Under the pieces are notes generated by a model. The model was not told the DNA's origin. It saw only the letters and a list, made by a program, of their open reading frames with translations, and ran no database searches. Both the position numbers and the translations under genes were made by a program. A DNA stretch of 64,000 nucleotides from an uncultured Acidobacteriota bacterium (GTDB taxonomy: Bacteria; Acidobacteriota; Thermoanaerobaculia; UBA5066): positions 32,001-96,000 of the forward strand of contig CAVZYA010000001.1 of assembly GCA_963779415.1 (NCBI GenBank), given 5' to 3'. Positions 38,630 through 51,432 of the stretch are shown one piece after another; positions within the stretch are counted from its first letter, which is position 1, and each line of letters begins with the position of its first letter.

Positions 38630-41353
38630 ATGCGTGGCACGTGCGTCGTCCGCGCGCTTCTGATCGCGTTCTCGTTGATTCCGGTGAACCTTCTGGCGGA
38701 TTCGGCCTGGACGATCCCGGGGATCGTGAACGCCCCCGGCCTGAACGGGACGCACTTCGTCTCGGACCTGACCGTCACGAACCCGGGAGGCGCCCCTGCG
38801 AACGTAACCCTCTCGTTCTTCCCCTCCGGGTCGAGCCCGAAGGCGCTGGCGCTGAGTCCGGGCCAAACAGTCGTCTCCTCCGACGTGGTCGGGAGGCTCT
38901 TCGGGACGCCCGGCGCCGCCGGCGCCCTCTCGGTCGTATCGGATCAGCCGCTCCTCATCCGCGCGAAGACGTACAACACGGCCTCGTCCGGAACGTACGG
39001 CGTCGCCCTTCCCGTCGTCTCCTCCGACCGTCTCCTCGCCCCCGGAGACGTGGCCGACAGCCTTTGGGTGAGCCAGGATTCTTCTCCGAGCGCAGGCTAC
39101 CGGACGAACGTCACCCTCGTCTTTCCCGACGCGTCGGGAGGCGCGGCGACCGTGACGATCTTCGACGCGGACGGAAACGAGCGCGGAAGCCGGGACTTCA
39201 GCCTCGCCGCGGCGGGCCAGCAGCAATTCACGGTCGGGAGCTTCGCGGGGGCCGTGCCCGTCGGGCGCGCGCGGGTCGCGGTGACGCGCGGACACGCTGC
39301 CGGATACGCGGTCGTCGTCGACAACGTCACGGGCGACAGCTCCCTCTTCTCCTTCGAGGACCTGCCGGGCGGCATCCAGGACGTCCTCGTGAACGGCGTC
39401 GCGCGGACGAACGGGCGGAATGGATCGTTCTTCCGGACGGACGGGCGCTTCTACAACCCGACGGATACGGACGCGACCGTCGAGGTCGCGTTTCACGCCA
39501 GCGGCATGGCGAACCCTTCGCCCGCGACGGCCTCTTTCACGGTCCCCGCCGGGAAGGTCCTCGGCGTCGTCGACGTCCTCGACTCGCTGCTCGGGCTCCC
39601 CGTCGGCTCCTCAGGCGCCCTGAGGTTCCGGTCGGACTGGCCGGTCGCGATTCTCTGCCGTACGAGCAACGTGGACCCGACGGGGGCGAATCCCGGCACC
39701 TTCGGCTCGCAGCAGAAGCCGGTGCCGCTCCTGTCGTTCCTCACCTCGGCGGACGCCGGAGCCGCGGTCACGGGCATCCGGCAGGACGCTTCGTTCCGGA
39801 CGAACATCGGCTTTGCGGCCGGGGCCGACGGGGCGGCGTACACGCTGACTCTGACGGATGCCGCGGGAAACGCCGTGGCGACGGCGTCGGCCTCGCTCGG
39901 CAGCTTCGGCTGGACCCAGCCGGGAATCCAGGCCCTCTTCCCGGGGACCACGATCCCCGAGAATGCGACGCTTCGGGTGAAGGTCACGGGCGGGAGCGTC
40001 GACATCTTCGACTCGTCCGTAGACAACCTCTCGGCAGACGCGGTCGTCACGCCGATCGCGCCGCTTCCGGTCGTCATCCCGTCGTCGGCGACGATCGGGC
40101 CCGCGGGGGGCTCGATCCGGTCGGACGACGGGCGCCTGACGCTTAAGGTCCCTGCAGGCGCCTTGAGCCAGCCCGTAACGCTCTCCTTCCAGGCCACATC
40201 GACCGACGCGCCACAGGCCATTGGGTCGGGGTCCAGATTCTTCCGTCCGGCGTCTCCTTCTCGATGCCGGTGCTCCTCACCCTCGCGTTCGGGAGAGGCG
40301 ACACGGAGGGATCCAGCGCCGGAGCATTGACGCTCGCTTCGAACGCGGGCACAGGCTGGTTCGCCCTCGGAGGAGGATCCGTGGACCCGGTACGGCACAC
40401 CTTGACGGTTCCGCTCGACTCGACGTCACCGGCGCCGCCGGTATCGTCGGAACATGCGGCCCCGGGGCGAGGTTGACGTCGGCAAGTGGTACTTCGCCAT
40501 CATCGATAGCTGGCGGTTTGACCCGATCGGGATGCAGACGATGTTCGTGGACCAAAAACTGGATCTCTCGGTCAAGTTCGTGGGGTACTCGTCCTCGCTC
40601 ATCGAGACGTCGGGTCGCCTCTTTCTCTCCAGCTCTCCCTCCGAGGTGGCGGTCCGCTGGATCGTCAACGATCAAGTCGCGGGGGGATTGGAGTCGGGCG
40701 TCGTCGTCAGCGTCAGCCCCACGACGGGGACGTACATCGCACCGTCCTGTCCCCCGCGGAGGAACCCGGTCTATCTCAATGCGACGATTGGGAACGCCAC
40801 CGGGTTCGCGCCGCGGTATGGGGTGTTCGGGGGTCTACATGTCCGCGTCCTGGCACGGAAGTGGTCGCTTCAGTGGTTCGTGACGGCAGCGACCGACTGC
40901 AATGGGCAGCAGACCTACTCGGACCGCGTGGACTGGGCCCCGAAGCAGCCGACGATCTCGTTCACCCTGGACGACAATTTCCATGGCTCCGCGACGCAGA
41001 CCTTCCTTGCCGCTTCCCACGACCTCAAAGCGTGTCAGGTGTGTCCGGGTGGCACGATGTCGATCTCGAAGCCCGGCACCGACACTCCGATGATGGTTCT
41101 CGTCACCGCCGACTGGAACAAATGCGAAGACGCCATGGACCTCAATGTCTACACGAATTACTCCGGGTTGCAGGGCGCGTTCGCGCGCTGCACGCATCCG
41201 AACGGGGAATGGGAAGAAGGCGTGATTCCGGAGTTCCTCGGGTTTGAATATCCCCTGTTGGGCTTCCAACCGAAGGATACGTTCGACGCAACAGATGATC
41301 TGCCACCGTGGACGATCGGGGTCGCCGTCGCGCTCGACGGCATCTGTCCGTGA
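38630..41353 (+). CDS. Large secreted multidomain protein A (four-domain block, ZU5-like, Ig-like, Cys-rich tip); two frameshifts at ~40230-40460
   Basis: Signal peptide; PGIVNAPGLNGTHFVSDLTVTNPG; [25 protein letters not shown]; ORFs 38555-40330, 40264-40476 and 40454-41353 join into one paralog of 46173-48828. Confidence 0.75.
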
Positions 41354-41435
41354 CGTCCTGTCCCGAAGGCCCGAGGCGGGAATCCGGGGCGCACGCATCG
41401 CGCCGCCGCGCGTGGTCGACGAGAACCTCGTGCAT

Positions 41436-41507
41436 CGCCCGCGCCGCCCTCGACCTCCTCAGCGCTCGAGGCGGCTGACGAACGACTCGGGAGGCTCGAA
41501 GCCGACG
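41436..41507 (+). repeat. 72-bp direct repeat, copy 2 (contains the dsbD stop codon on the minus strand)
   Basis: 69/72 identical to 38473-38544. Confidence 0.9.
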
Positions 41508-43243
41508 ATGCGCTCGCCGGTCTCGCGGCCGTCCGGGCCGAGGAAGATCAGCGTCGGAACGCCGAGCACCTTCCATTCGTCCTTCAGCGCCTCGACCTCC
41601 GGCGAGCCGGTCTTCGTCAGGTCGGCCTTCAGGAAGACCCAGCCCTTGCCCGCCGCGACGACGGCCGGGTCGGTGAAGGTCTTGTGCTCGAGCTCCTTGC
41701 ACGGGAGGCACCAGTCGGCGGCGAAGTCGATCATCACCGGCTTGCCGGCCGCCGCCCGCGAGGGCGGCCTCGGAGTAGGGCCGCGAATGACGAGCTGCTG
41801 GCGGCGTGCTTTCTTCGGGAGGGCGAAGAGGACGCCGGCCGCCGAAGAAGCGCGAGCGGCGACGACGATCCGGAGCGGCCCGGAACCAGGCGAGGTCCCG
41901 CCCGCTCTTCTCGAGGAGGAGGAGCCAGACTCCGCCCGCGAGCGAGCGGGGCCGCGACGCCGATCTCGCAGAGGCGAGCCGGAGAGGAGCGGCCGGAGGA
42001 ACCAGACCGCGAGCGCGAGGAGGGCGAAGCCGAAGACGCGGCGGACCGCTTCCATCCACTCGCCCGACCGCGGGAGCTTCGCGAGGCTTCCCGACACCGT
42101 CCCGAGGACGAGGTAGGGAAGGCCGAGCCCCATCGCGAGCGTGAAGAAGAGGCCGAAGTCCGAGCGGGACGGACCCCTTCGCGGCGACATAGGTCAGGAG
42201 CGAGAGGACGAAGGGCCCGATGCAGGGGGCCGCGACGAAACCGACGAAGAGGCCCATCGTGACGGCACCGGCGATTCCTGCCTTCGAGCCCGTCCGGTCG
42301 GTGATGAAGTGAGGGACGCGGATCTCCCAGAGCCCGAACATCGAGAGGGCGAGGGCCGGCGATCAGAAGGGCGATCGCGACGAGGACGGCGGGCTTCTGG
42401 AGCCAGGCGCCGAAGAGCGAGCCGGAGAGCGCCGCGAAGACGCCGAGGGCGGAGTAGGTGACGCTCATCCCGAGGACGTACGCGAGGGCGAGCCCGAACG
42501 TCGAAGGCGTCCGGCCCGAGCCCTGCCGGGCGAAGAAGCCGACCGTGATCGGGATCAGGGGATAGACGCACGGCGTCAGGTTCAGGGCGAGACCGGAGAG
42601 GAAGACGATCGCGAGGATCAGCGGGAGCGACTTGCCCGCGAAGAGGTCCGCTCCCGCGGCGGGGGCCGTCCCCTTCGAGGAGGGCGCGGCCGGAGCGCCG
42701 GCCCGGGGCGAAGAACCCGGCGTTCGCCGCCACCGCGGGCGTGCCTGCGGGGGCGACCTCCATGTCGAGCGTCGCCGTCACCTTCGCAGGCGGGAGGCAC
42801 TGCTCGTCGTTGCAGGGCTGGAACTCGACGGTGGCGGTGAGCGTTCGCGGTCCCGGGATCGCCGAGGCGTCGACCGTTCCGTCGAACCGGAAGAGGACCC
42901 TTCCTTCATAGACGGCGAGCGGCTTCTCCGAGAAGGCGAACTTCATCTCGCGATGGGCGGGGTACTTCGGGGGCGAGACGGTGAGGCCGGGGCCGGCGAC
43001 GAGCGAGACCTGGGTCGGGATCAGGAAATCCTCGTTCGGCGTGTGGCTGTTGACGTGCCACCCCGGCCGGACGTCGGCGACGACGACGAGGCGGAAGGAG
43101 GTCCCCGCGACGAGGCGGTCGGCGTCGGCGCGAAGCGACGCGGAGACGATCGACTCGGGAGGGGGGATCTCCTCCCCGCGGGCGGCCGGGGAGAGAAGCA
43201 GGGCGGCGACGGACGCGGCGGCAAGAAGGATGTTCCGCTTCAT
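41459..43243 (-). CDS. dsbD: Thiol:disulfide interchange protein DsbD (multiple frameshifts)
   Basis: PGWHVNS and PCNDEQCLPP (alpha domain), LNLTPCVYP and APCIGP (TM domain), DFAADWCLPCK (thioredoxin domain). Confidence 0.85.
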
Positions 43244-44178
43244 TTCGGCTTCTCGGCGTCCTTCGGCGCCTTCGAGTCGAGCGCGTCGAGGAGCTTCTCG
43301 ACCTCGGGGAGCGCCGGCGAATCCGGCCACTCCTTCCGGAAGGCCCGGAGCCGCTCCGCGGCGAGGTCCTTCCTCCCGAGGGCGATCTCCACGTCGGCAC
43401 GCCGGAGCTGGGCACGCTGCCGGATCCCGGGATCCTTCGCGATGGAAAGGAGCAGATCGAGCGATTTTCCGGCTTCCTCCGGCCGGCCCGCGTCGAGCTG
43501 GATCGTGGCGAGGTAGGCGAGCGACTGCTCGCGCAGATCGGGGGGCGTCCGCGGGTCGTTTCCGAGGCGGGCGAAGCGAGGCTCGGCGAGGCCGTCACCG
43601 TTCCGGTGGAAGCATTCGCGGGCCACCTCGAAGACGAGCTTCGGGTCTCCCGGGTTCGCCTTCTCCTCCGCAAGGAGCTTCTGATACCCGACCCAGCCCC
43701 TCTCGGCCTCGGCGAAGGCCTGCACCCATCCCATCTGACTGGTCGGACCGACCTGCCTCCCCGTGACGAGCAGCTCCGGCGTGACCACGACCCACGCCGG
43801 GATCTCCTTGATCCGGAGAGTGGCGGCGAGCTTCTTCCCCTCGGGGCTCGAGAACTTCTCGAAGAGCGGCACCTTGTCCCGCGTGAAGGCGAAGAAGGAC
43901 GTCGAGGGGATCACGAGCGCCTCCATCCGGCGACACTGTCCGCAATCGTCGTCGCCGAAGAAGATCAGGATCCTCCCGTTCGGCATCTTGCGGACGGCTT
44001 CGAGCGCTTCGTTCCAGCCGGAGGTCCAGAGAACCTCGAGGCCGGCGGGGCCCGGAACGGCGGCCGGGGTCGGCGAGGGAGCCGGCGGAGGCGCCGGCGC
44101 GGTCTGGGAGAGGAGAGCGGCGAGCAGAATCGGAGAGAGCACAGATTCCCTTTCGTTTGACACCCGGGGCGGCGCCAT
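43240..44178 (-). CDS. Exported thioredoxin-like (CGQC) and TPR protein
   Basis: W...WNEAL...IFFGDDDCGQCRRME, then helical repeats; stop overlaps the dsbD start; start may be GTG near 44143. Confidence 0.75.
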   Translation of the reverse strand: MAPPRVSNERESVLSPILLAALLSQTAPAPPPAPSPTPAAVPGPAGLEVLWTSGWNEALEAVRKMPNGRILIFFGDDDCGQCRRMEALVIPSTSFFAFTRDKVPLFEKFSSPEGKKLAATLRIKEIPAWVVVTPELLVTGRQVGPTSQMGWVQAFAEAERGWVGYQKLLAEEKANPGDPKLVFEVARECFHRNGDGLAEPRFARLGNDPRTPPDLREQSLAYLATIQLDAGRPEEAGKSLDLLLSIAKDPGIRQRAQLRRADVEIALGRKDLAAERLRAFRKEWPDSPALPEVEKLLDALDSKAPKDAEKPK

Positions 44179-44253
44179 TTATAACGCCGCTCGCGACGAG
44201 GCGGATCTCCACGCAATGGGCGTGCCGCTTGCTTTGACAGTCCGGGCGGCCGT

Positions 44254-44329
44254 GCCCAGGTAGCTCAGTTGGTAGAGCACGCGCCTGAAAAGCGCGGTGT
44301 CGCCGGTTCAATTCCGGCCTTGGGCACCA
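44254..44329 (+). tRNA. tRNA-Phe(GAA)
   Basis: gcccagg acceptor, cgcgc-ctGAAaa-gcgcg, TTCAATTC, CCA; 76 nt. Confidence 0.96.
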
Positions 44330-45256
44330 TTTTCCCCCTCCGGACGGCCCCAGTTTCCGATCACGCGAAGAGCCCCGGCGTGCATCCGGAAGACGAGGGG
44401 AGTCGCGTGCGCGACGCCGCGCGTGACGTTTCCGTCGATATGGGCGATGAGGGGCCGGTCGCTTCGAAGAATGATGGAGCGTCCGCGCCGCATCGTCGTC
44501 TTCGCGAGCCGGACGTGCGACCCGTTCAGCGCCTTGGGGAGGTGACGGAGCGCCTCGAGCTTCCGGAAGTCGCCGAGGCGGCAGAAGTCGAAGAGGCCGT
44601 CGTCCGGCTTCGCGTCCGGCGTCAGGTAGAAGCCGCCGCCGCTGGCGGGACCGATCGTCACGGCCGCGAGGATCGCAGGCCCGTCGAGGACCTCGCCGTC
44701 GACCTCCGCGATGAGGCGGAAGTTCTCCCACGTCCGGAGAACGCGGAAGACGGCGGTGAGGTAGGCCGCGAAGCCCCGGATCAGCCGAAGCTTCGCGGCG
44801 TCGGCCGCCACGGCGCCATCGAACCCGAGGCCGACGCCGTTGGCGAAGAAGCGCCCGTTCACCTCCCCGGCATCCATGGTCCGGACCGTCCTGATCGCGA
44901 AGGACGGCCGCGGCCCCCGCGATGTCCCACCGGCGGTGGCCGAGCAGCCGCGCGTAGTCGCACCCGGTCCCGGCCGGCAGGACGCCGAGGATCGGGCGCG
45001 CCTCGGGGGGGACCCTCATGAGGCCACCGACGACCTCGTTCACCGTCCCGTCCCCGCCCACCGCGACGACGATGGTGGCGCCGCCGCGCGCGCTCTCGGC
45101 GGCGAGGGCGAGTCCGTGGTCCGGCCCTTCCGTTTCGAGCCACGTCCCGATGACGCCGGCACGCTCCACCTCGGCGCGGATGCGCTGCTTCTCCCGCCCC
45201 TCCCGCCCCTTCCCTGCGGCGGGGTTCTCGATGAAAACGGTTCTCTGTTCGGACAA
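44308..45256 (-). CDS. Diacylglycerol/lipid kinase family protein (YegS-like), frameshift ~44895
   Basis: FIENPAAGKG, VGGDGTVNEV, PAGTGCDYAR, FANGVGLGFDG and HIDG. Confidence 0.85.
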
Positions 45257-45284
45257 CGGGTAACATTCTAGAGGAGAGGGAACC

Positions 45285-45788
45285 GTGGCCGTACTCCGAG
45301 TCGTCCGCCTGGGCGCGAAGGTCCTCCGGACCCGCGCTTCCGAGATCGAGACCGCCGACCTGAAGAAAGGGCGCCTGAAGCCTTTCTTCGAAGACCTGAT
45401 GGAGACGATGGCCGAGTACAACGGAACGGGGCTCGCCGCGCCGCAGGTCTCGCAGCCGCTCCGCGTCGTCCTCTACGAGATCCAGAGCGAGAGCCGCGCC
45501 AAGGGGCTCTCCGTCCCGCCGACGATTCTGGTGAACCCGCGGCTTCGAGATCCTCGATCCATCGGAGACGGAGGAGTACGAGGCGTGCCTCTCGGTCCCG
45601 TTCCTCGCGGCGAAGGTCCCGCGCCCGCGGAAGATCCGGGTGAGAGCGCTCGACCGGACCGGCAAGCCGCTCGAATTCGTCGCCGAAGACTTTCACGCCC
45701 GCGTCGTCCTGCACGAGAGCGACCATCTCGACGGGACGGTCTACCTGGACCGGGTGAAGGACCGCGCTTCGATCCGCTACACGATTGA
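45285..45788 (+). CDS. def: Peptide deformylase (frameshift ~45550)
   Basis: GTGLAAPQV, EACLSVP and HESDHLDG. Confidence 0.88.
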   Translation: MAVLRVVRLGAKVLRTRASEIETADLKKGRLKPFFEDLMETMAEYNGTGLAAPQVSQPLRVVLYEIQSESRAKGLSVPPTILVNPRLRDPRSIGDGGVRGVPLGPVPRGEGPAPAEDPGESARPDRQAARIRRRRLSRPRRPARERPSRRDGLPGPGEGPRFDPLHD

Positions 45789-45791
45789 CTA

Positions 45792-46019
45792 TTGAGTGAA
45801 CCGCCTCTCTCCCCGAAGCACGCGCTGGTTCTCCTGAAGTACCGGCCGGTCTGCATCTGCAACACGGTCCGTTATCCGCGCGTGAAGGAAGCGATCGACG
45901 CGGGGGCCCGGAGCGTGGAGGAGGTCGCGAAGGCGACCGGCTGCACGACGGGGGAATGCCGGGGCGAGCGCTGCCTCCCCGTCATCCGGGCGCTGCTGGA
46001 GGAGTTCGCCGCGCGCTGA
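45792..46019 (+). CDS. BFD-like (2Fe-2S)-binding protein
   Basis: VCICN...GCTTGECRGERC. Confidence 0.8.
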   Translation: MSEPPLSPKHALVLLKYRPVCICNTVRYPRVKEAIDAGARSVEEVAKATGCTTGECRGERCLPVIRALLEEFAAR

Positions 46020-46172
46020 GGCCAACCGGCGGGGCGGATTCGACGAGCGTCACGAGCCCACGGCGGATTGTGAGCGGGATCACCAGTTGCGACTGAGGCT
46101 CAATTTCTAGAGAATGGGCCGTCCGGTGGATTGATCCGTCGAGGGCCAGGCTTCACGGCCAAGGAGGTGTTC

Positions 46173-48828
46173 GTGAAACACGTGCTCGCATCGATCGGCG
46201 TTCTCGTCGCGACCGTCGCCGCGCCCGTCCTCCGCGCGCAGAGTCCGCCCACCGTCTTCGTCTACACGGTCCCGGGCGTCGCGAAGGCGCCGGGGCGGAA
46301 CGGGACGCACTTCGTCACGGACGCGGTGATCACAAACCCGGGCTCCACGCCGGCGATCGTGTCGTACGCGATCGTCCCCGCCGTCGGGACGGCGCCCCCT
46401 TCCCGGCATTCCTGACGCCGGGGCAGAGCGTGACGGTGACGGACGTGGTGGGACGCTCTTCGGGGCGGGCGCGGGCTCCGGGGCGCTGACGGTGACGGGC
46501 CTGGCGCCGCTCGTCATCCGTGCGAAGACGTACAACGACGCGTCCACGGGGACGTACGGCGTCGCCCTGCCGGTCTACACGGACGACCGTTTCCTCGTGT
46601 CGGGCGAGACGGGCCACAGCCTCTGGGTCAGCCAGAGCGCCGACCCGAACTCGGGCTACCGGACGAACGTCACGGTCGTCTTTCCGGACGGGGGGGGCGG
46701 GTCGGCGACGGTGACGGTCTTCGACGGCGGTGGGAACCAGATCGGCCAGCAGCTCTTCTCGATGACGTCGGCGGGGGTGCAGCAGCTCGGGGTGGGGACC
46801 TTCTCATCCCCGTCGAACGTGGCGCGGGCGTCAATCGTGGTCACGAGCGGCCGCGCGGCGGCCTATACCTCCGTCGTCGACAACGTGACGGGGGACTCGT
46901 CGCTCTTCACCTTCGACGACCTCCCGGCCGGCCCGCAGGACGTTCTTCTCAACGGCGTGGCGTACGCGAACGGGAAGAACGGGACGTTTTTCCGGAGCGA
47001 CGGGCGATTCTTCAACCCGGGAGCGACGGACGCGGCGGTGACGCTTCTGTTCCACGCGAAAGGGACGAGCAACCCGTCTCCCGCGCAGGCCACGGTGATG
47101 GTACCGGCCGGGAAGATCGTGGACGCCACGAACCTCGTCGGGGGGCTGCTGGGGCAGCCGGTGGACTCGTCGGGAGCGCTGCGGATCACGTCGGACTCGC
47201 CTGTGGGGATCCTCTGCCGGACCTCGAACGTCGACCCGACGGGCGCGAAGCCGGGGACATACGGGGCGCAGCAGCGGCCGGTGCCGATCCTTTCGTTCCT
47301 CTCCTCGGCCGACGCCGGGGCGCTGATCACGGGAGTGCGGCAGAACGCGGCCTTCCGGACGAACATCGCTCTGGCGGCCGGGCCCGGCGGGGCGACGGCG
47401 CACTTTACGCTGAAGGGGGCGGATGGAACCGTGGCCGGAACGGCGACGCAGAGCCTTGGGCCGTGGGGCTGGGCGCAGACGGCCGTGAACGTCCTCTTCG
47501 CGGGAGTCACGATACCGGACAACGCGGAGGTCTCCGTGACTCTGACGCAGGGGAGCGGCGACCTGTTCGACTCCTCGGTGGACAGTGGCTCAGGCGACTC
47601 GGTCGTGACGGCGGCGCCCGCCGTGCCGGTCTCGATCCCCACGAGCGCGACGATCGGGCCTTCGGGTGGCTCGATCCAGTCAGACGACGGACGGCTGACG
47701 CTGAAGATCCCGGCGGGAGCCCTCGCGACGCCGACGGCCTTCTCGGTCGTGACGGGTGCCAACGGCGCGCCCGGCGCTGTCGGATCCGGCTACACGATCT
47801 CGCCGGCAGGGGCCGCCTTCGCGAGCCCGGTCCGGATCGTGATGGCCTACGGCCGGGAGGAGACGAACGGCTCGGCGCCGCAGTACCTCGGCATCGCCTG
47901 GCAGGGAACGTCGTCCTGGTACGGGCCGGCCAGCCAGTCCGTCGACACGTTCGCGAGGACGATCGCGGCCGACGTGCCGTCACTCCAGATCGCCTCGGCC
48001 CGCTCGGCGGCGTCCCGAACTCCCCTCGCCGGCTTCGGCGCCTCGGTCGGGACATACGCCAGAGTCATCATTCACGGTTTTCCTTTCGCCGTTCAGGGCG
48101 GCACGCGGAATTTCTCGGCCGAGGTCGTGAACATCGGCCCCAACGGCTCGGTCATCCAGCTCGAAGGGGTGGATCCCGCGAACTTCAACTACTACTGGCT
48201 CGTAACGGATCCCCAAGGGGGAAGCTTCGACGGGGCACAGAACGCATACGGGTCGACGGTAACCTACACGGCGCCGGACTGCCCCCCCGCGTCGCGCGTC
48301 GAGGTGACGCTCGACATCCACTCCATGGACGGCGGGCCGATCGCTTCCGTGAAGACGTTCGTCCGGGTGCTCTGGAAGAACTGGACCTACCGGCTCACGG
48401 AGGTCGACACGGTGGCCTGCAGCTCGAATCTGGCCGGGTGGGGCTACACGACCGATTCGAGCGCCGAGGTCGACTTTTCGCTGGCGCCGGACGGGTTGGC
48501 GACGAACGTCAATCTGTCGTCCGAGCCCGCAGAACGTCACGCTCACGACGTGCGGGGCGACGATCGGTGGCTGCACGTATGCGCTCTTCACCCCGTACCC
48601 GATCCAGGTGGACTCGTTCAACGGCACCTATCTCCTGACGGCGGACGCCATCGTCTTCTCCTGCAACTACCACCACATGGGGAGCCCCGGCGTTACGATT
48701 TCATGCCCTGAGGGCAGCGGCGGCCAGTCTGCCGCGCCGGGGACGCTCGACTACAGCACGAACGTCCATGTCGATCCGTTACAGAGGCGCGGCGTCGCCA
48801 CCTTCTCCCGGCGCGGTGAGCTCCCTGA
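46173..48828 (+). CDS. Large secreted multidomain protein B, paralog of A (frameshifts ~46400 and ~48530; 3' end approximate)
   Basis: aaggagg RBS, signal peptide, [24 protein letters not shown]; long colinear similarity to A. Confidence 0.75.
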
Positions 48829-48976
48829 CTCTGGAGATGAGGCCCGTCAAGGGGACCTGTCCGTAGGCCCGCCGGCGCCAGCGGCTTCGACGCCCCGATC
48901 CGCTCCGCGGGCCCTCGGCGTACCTCTATGTAGAATCCGGGCGGGGCTCGGAACGGGCCCCGTCCGAGGAGCCGAA

Positions 48977-49686
<710 letters not shown>

Positions 49687-49690
<4 letters not shown>

Positions 49691-51420
49691 GCGCCGTCGC
49701 CGCCCCGCCGGGACTCGACTTCGCGGCGGTCCTCGCGAACCGGTTTCCCGGGAAGACCTCCGTCGAGACCCGGCCGGCGGCCGACATCCCGACGATCGCC
49801 GTCGACCGGTCGGTCTGGCACGAGGTCGCGCTCTTCCTCCGCGACGACCCGTCGACGAAGTACGACCTCTTCCTGGACCTGGCGTCCCTCGACACTTCGC
49901 GGCTGCCGGCGCCGCAGGCGCCCCGCGACGGGAACCGTTTTCAGGCCCACAACGTCCTCTACTCGACCTCCCGGAACGCCCATCTCCGGGTCCGCGTGAC
50001 GGCTCCGGAGAAGGACGCGTCTCTCCCGAGCGTGACGGACGTCTGGCCGGCGGCCAACTGGTTCGAGCGCGAGGCCTGGGACCTGATGGGGATCCGCTTT
50101 CCCGGGCATCCGAACCTGAACCGCCTCCTGACGCACAACGGCTTCGTCGGGCACGCGCTCCGGAAGGACTACGAAGCCGCCCAGCGGTGGCTCTGCACGG
50201 AGGAGGACCTCCTTCAGACCCAGCTCGCCGCGAAGACGGATGTCGCCGAGGATCTCTTCGAGACGACGACGCTGAACTTGGGACCGTCGCACAACGCGAC
50301 GCACGGCACCCTCCGCGTCGTCGTGAAGCTCGACGGCGAGCGGATCGTGGCGGCCGAGGGGGAGTGCGGCTACCTCCACCGCTGCTTCGAGAAAATGTCC
50401 GAGACGCACACCTGGGTGCAGGTCGTCCCGTACACCGACCGGCTGAACTACTGCTCGCCGATGATCAACGGCTTCGGTTACGCGCGAGCGGTGGAGCAGC
50501 TCGTCGGCGTCGAGGTGCCGCCGCGCGCGCAGGCGGTCCGGACGATCCTCTCCGAGTTCAACCGGATCATGGACCACATGGTCTGCATCGGGACGAACCT
50601 CGTCGACCTCGGCGGCCTGACCCCGTTCTGGTACGCGTACCAGTCGCGCGAGGAGATCTACGGCCTTCTCGAGGCGTGCTGCGGAGCGCGGCTCACGTCG
50701 TCCTACGCGAGGATCGGAGGGCTCTCGAACGACGTGCCGGCGAACTTCGTCGAGTGGTCGCGCTCCCTCTTCCCGAAGATCGAGCAGAACATCGCCGACG
50801 TCGACCGACTCATCACGAAGAACCGGATCGCCCAGGACCGGATGCGGGGGACCGGGGTCGTCTCCCGCGACATGGCGATCGCGTACGGATTCACCGGTCC
50901 GTGCGGCCGGGCCTCGGGCCTCGCCTACGACGTCCGGAAGGACGCACCGTACGAGTTCTATGGCGAGGTCGACTTCGATGTCCCCGTCTCGAACGACGGC
51001 GACAACTACGCGCGCTACCTCGTCCGGATGGAGGAGATGCGGCAGTCGCTCCGGATCATCGACCAGGTCCTGAAGAAGCTCCCCGGCGGGCCGGTGACGA
51101 CGGACGACTATCGCGTGGCCCTTCCACCGAAGGAGATGGTCTACAACGAAATGGAGGCGCTGATCTACCACTTCAAGGTGGTCTTCGAGGGAGCGAAAGT
51201 GCCTCCGGGCGAGATCTACTCCTGGGTGGAGGGGGCGAACGGCGAGCTGGGCTACACGCTCGTCTCGGACGGTAGCGGGCTGCCGTACCGCGTGAAAGTC
51301 CGCCCCCCCTGCTTCCCCCTCTTCGCCGCCTTCGAGAAGATCGCCGTCGGAGGCCTCGTTGCGGATGCTGTGGCCACGCTCGGCATGCTGAACATCATCG
51401 CCGGCGAACTGGACCGCTGA
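49687..51420 (+). CDS. nuoCD: NADH-quinone oxidoreductase fused subunit C/D
   Basis: [14 protein letters not shown] and GHALRKDY, then [24 protein letters not shown] and GELDR. Confidence 0.93.
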
Positions 51421-51432
51421 AGGAGACCGCCG

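Noticed and set aside
44308-44329. Lipid kinase C-terminus overlapping tRNA-Phe in antisense
   Set aside because: A short, non-conserved-looking tail, likely incidental or indel-related; no duplicated att copy of this tRNA was seen
16822-48828. Many frameshifted genes (FAH, SGNH, TBDR, acyl-CoA dehydrogenase, permease, dsbD, lipid kinase, def, secreted proteins) read as pseudogenes or programmed frameshifts
   Set aside because: Scattered single-base indels in unrelated housekeeping genes with otherwise intact motifs are best explained by long-read consensus error
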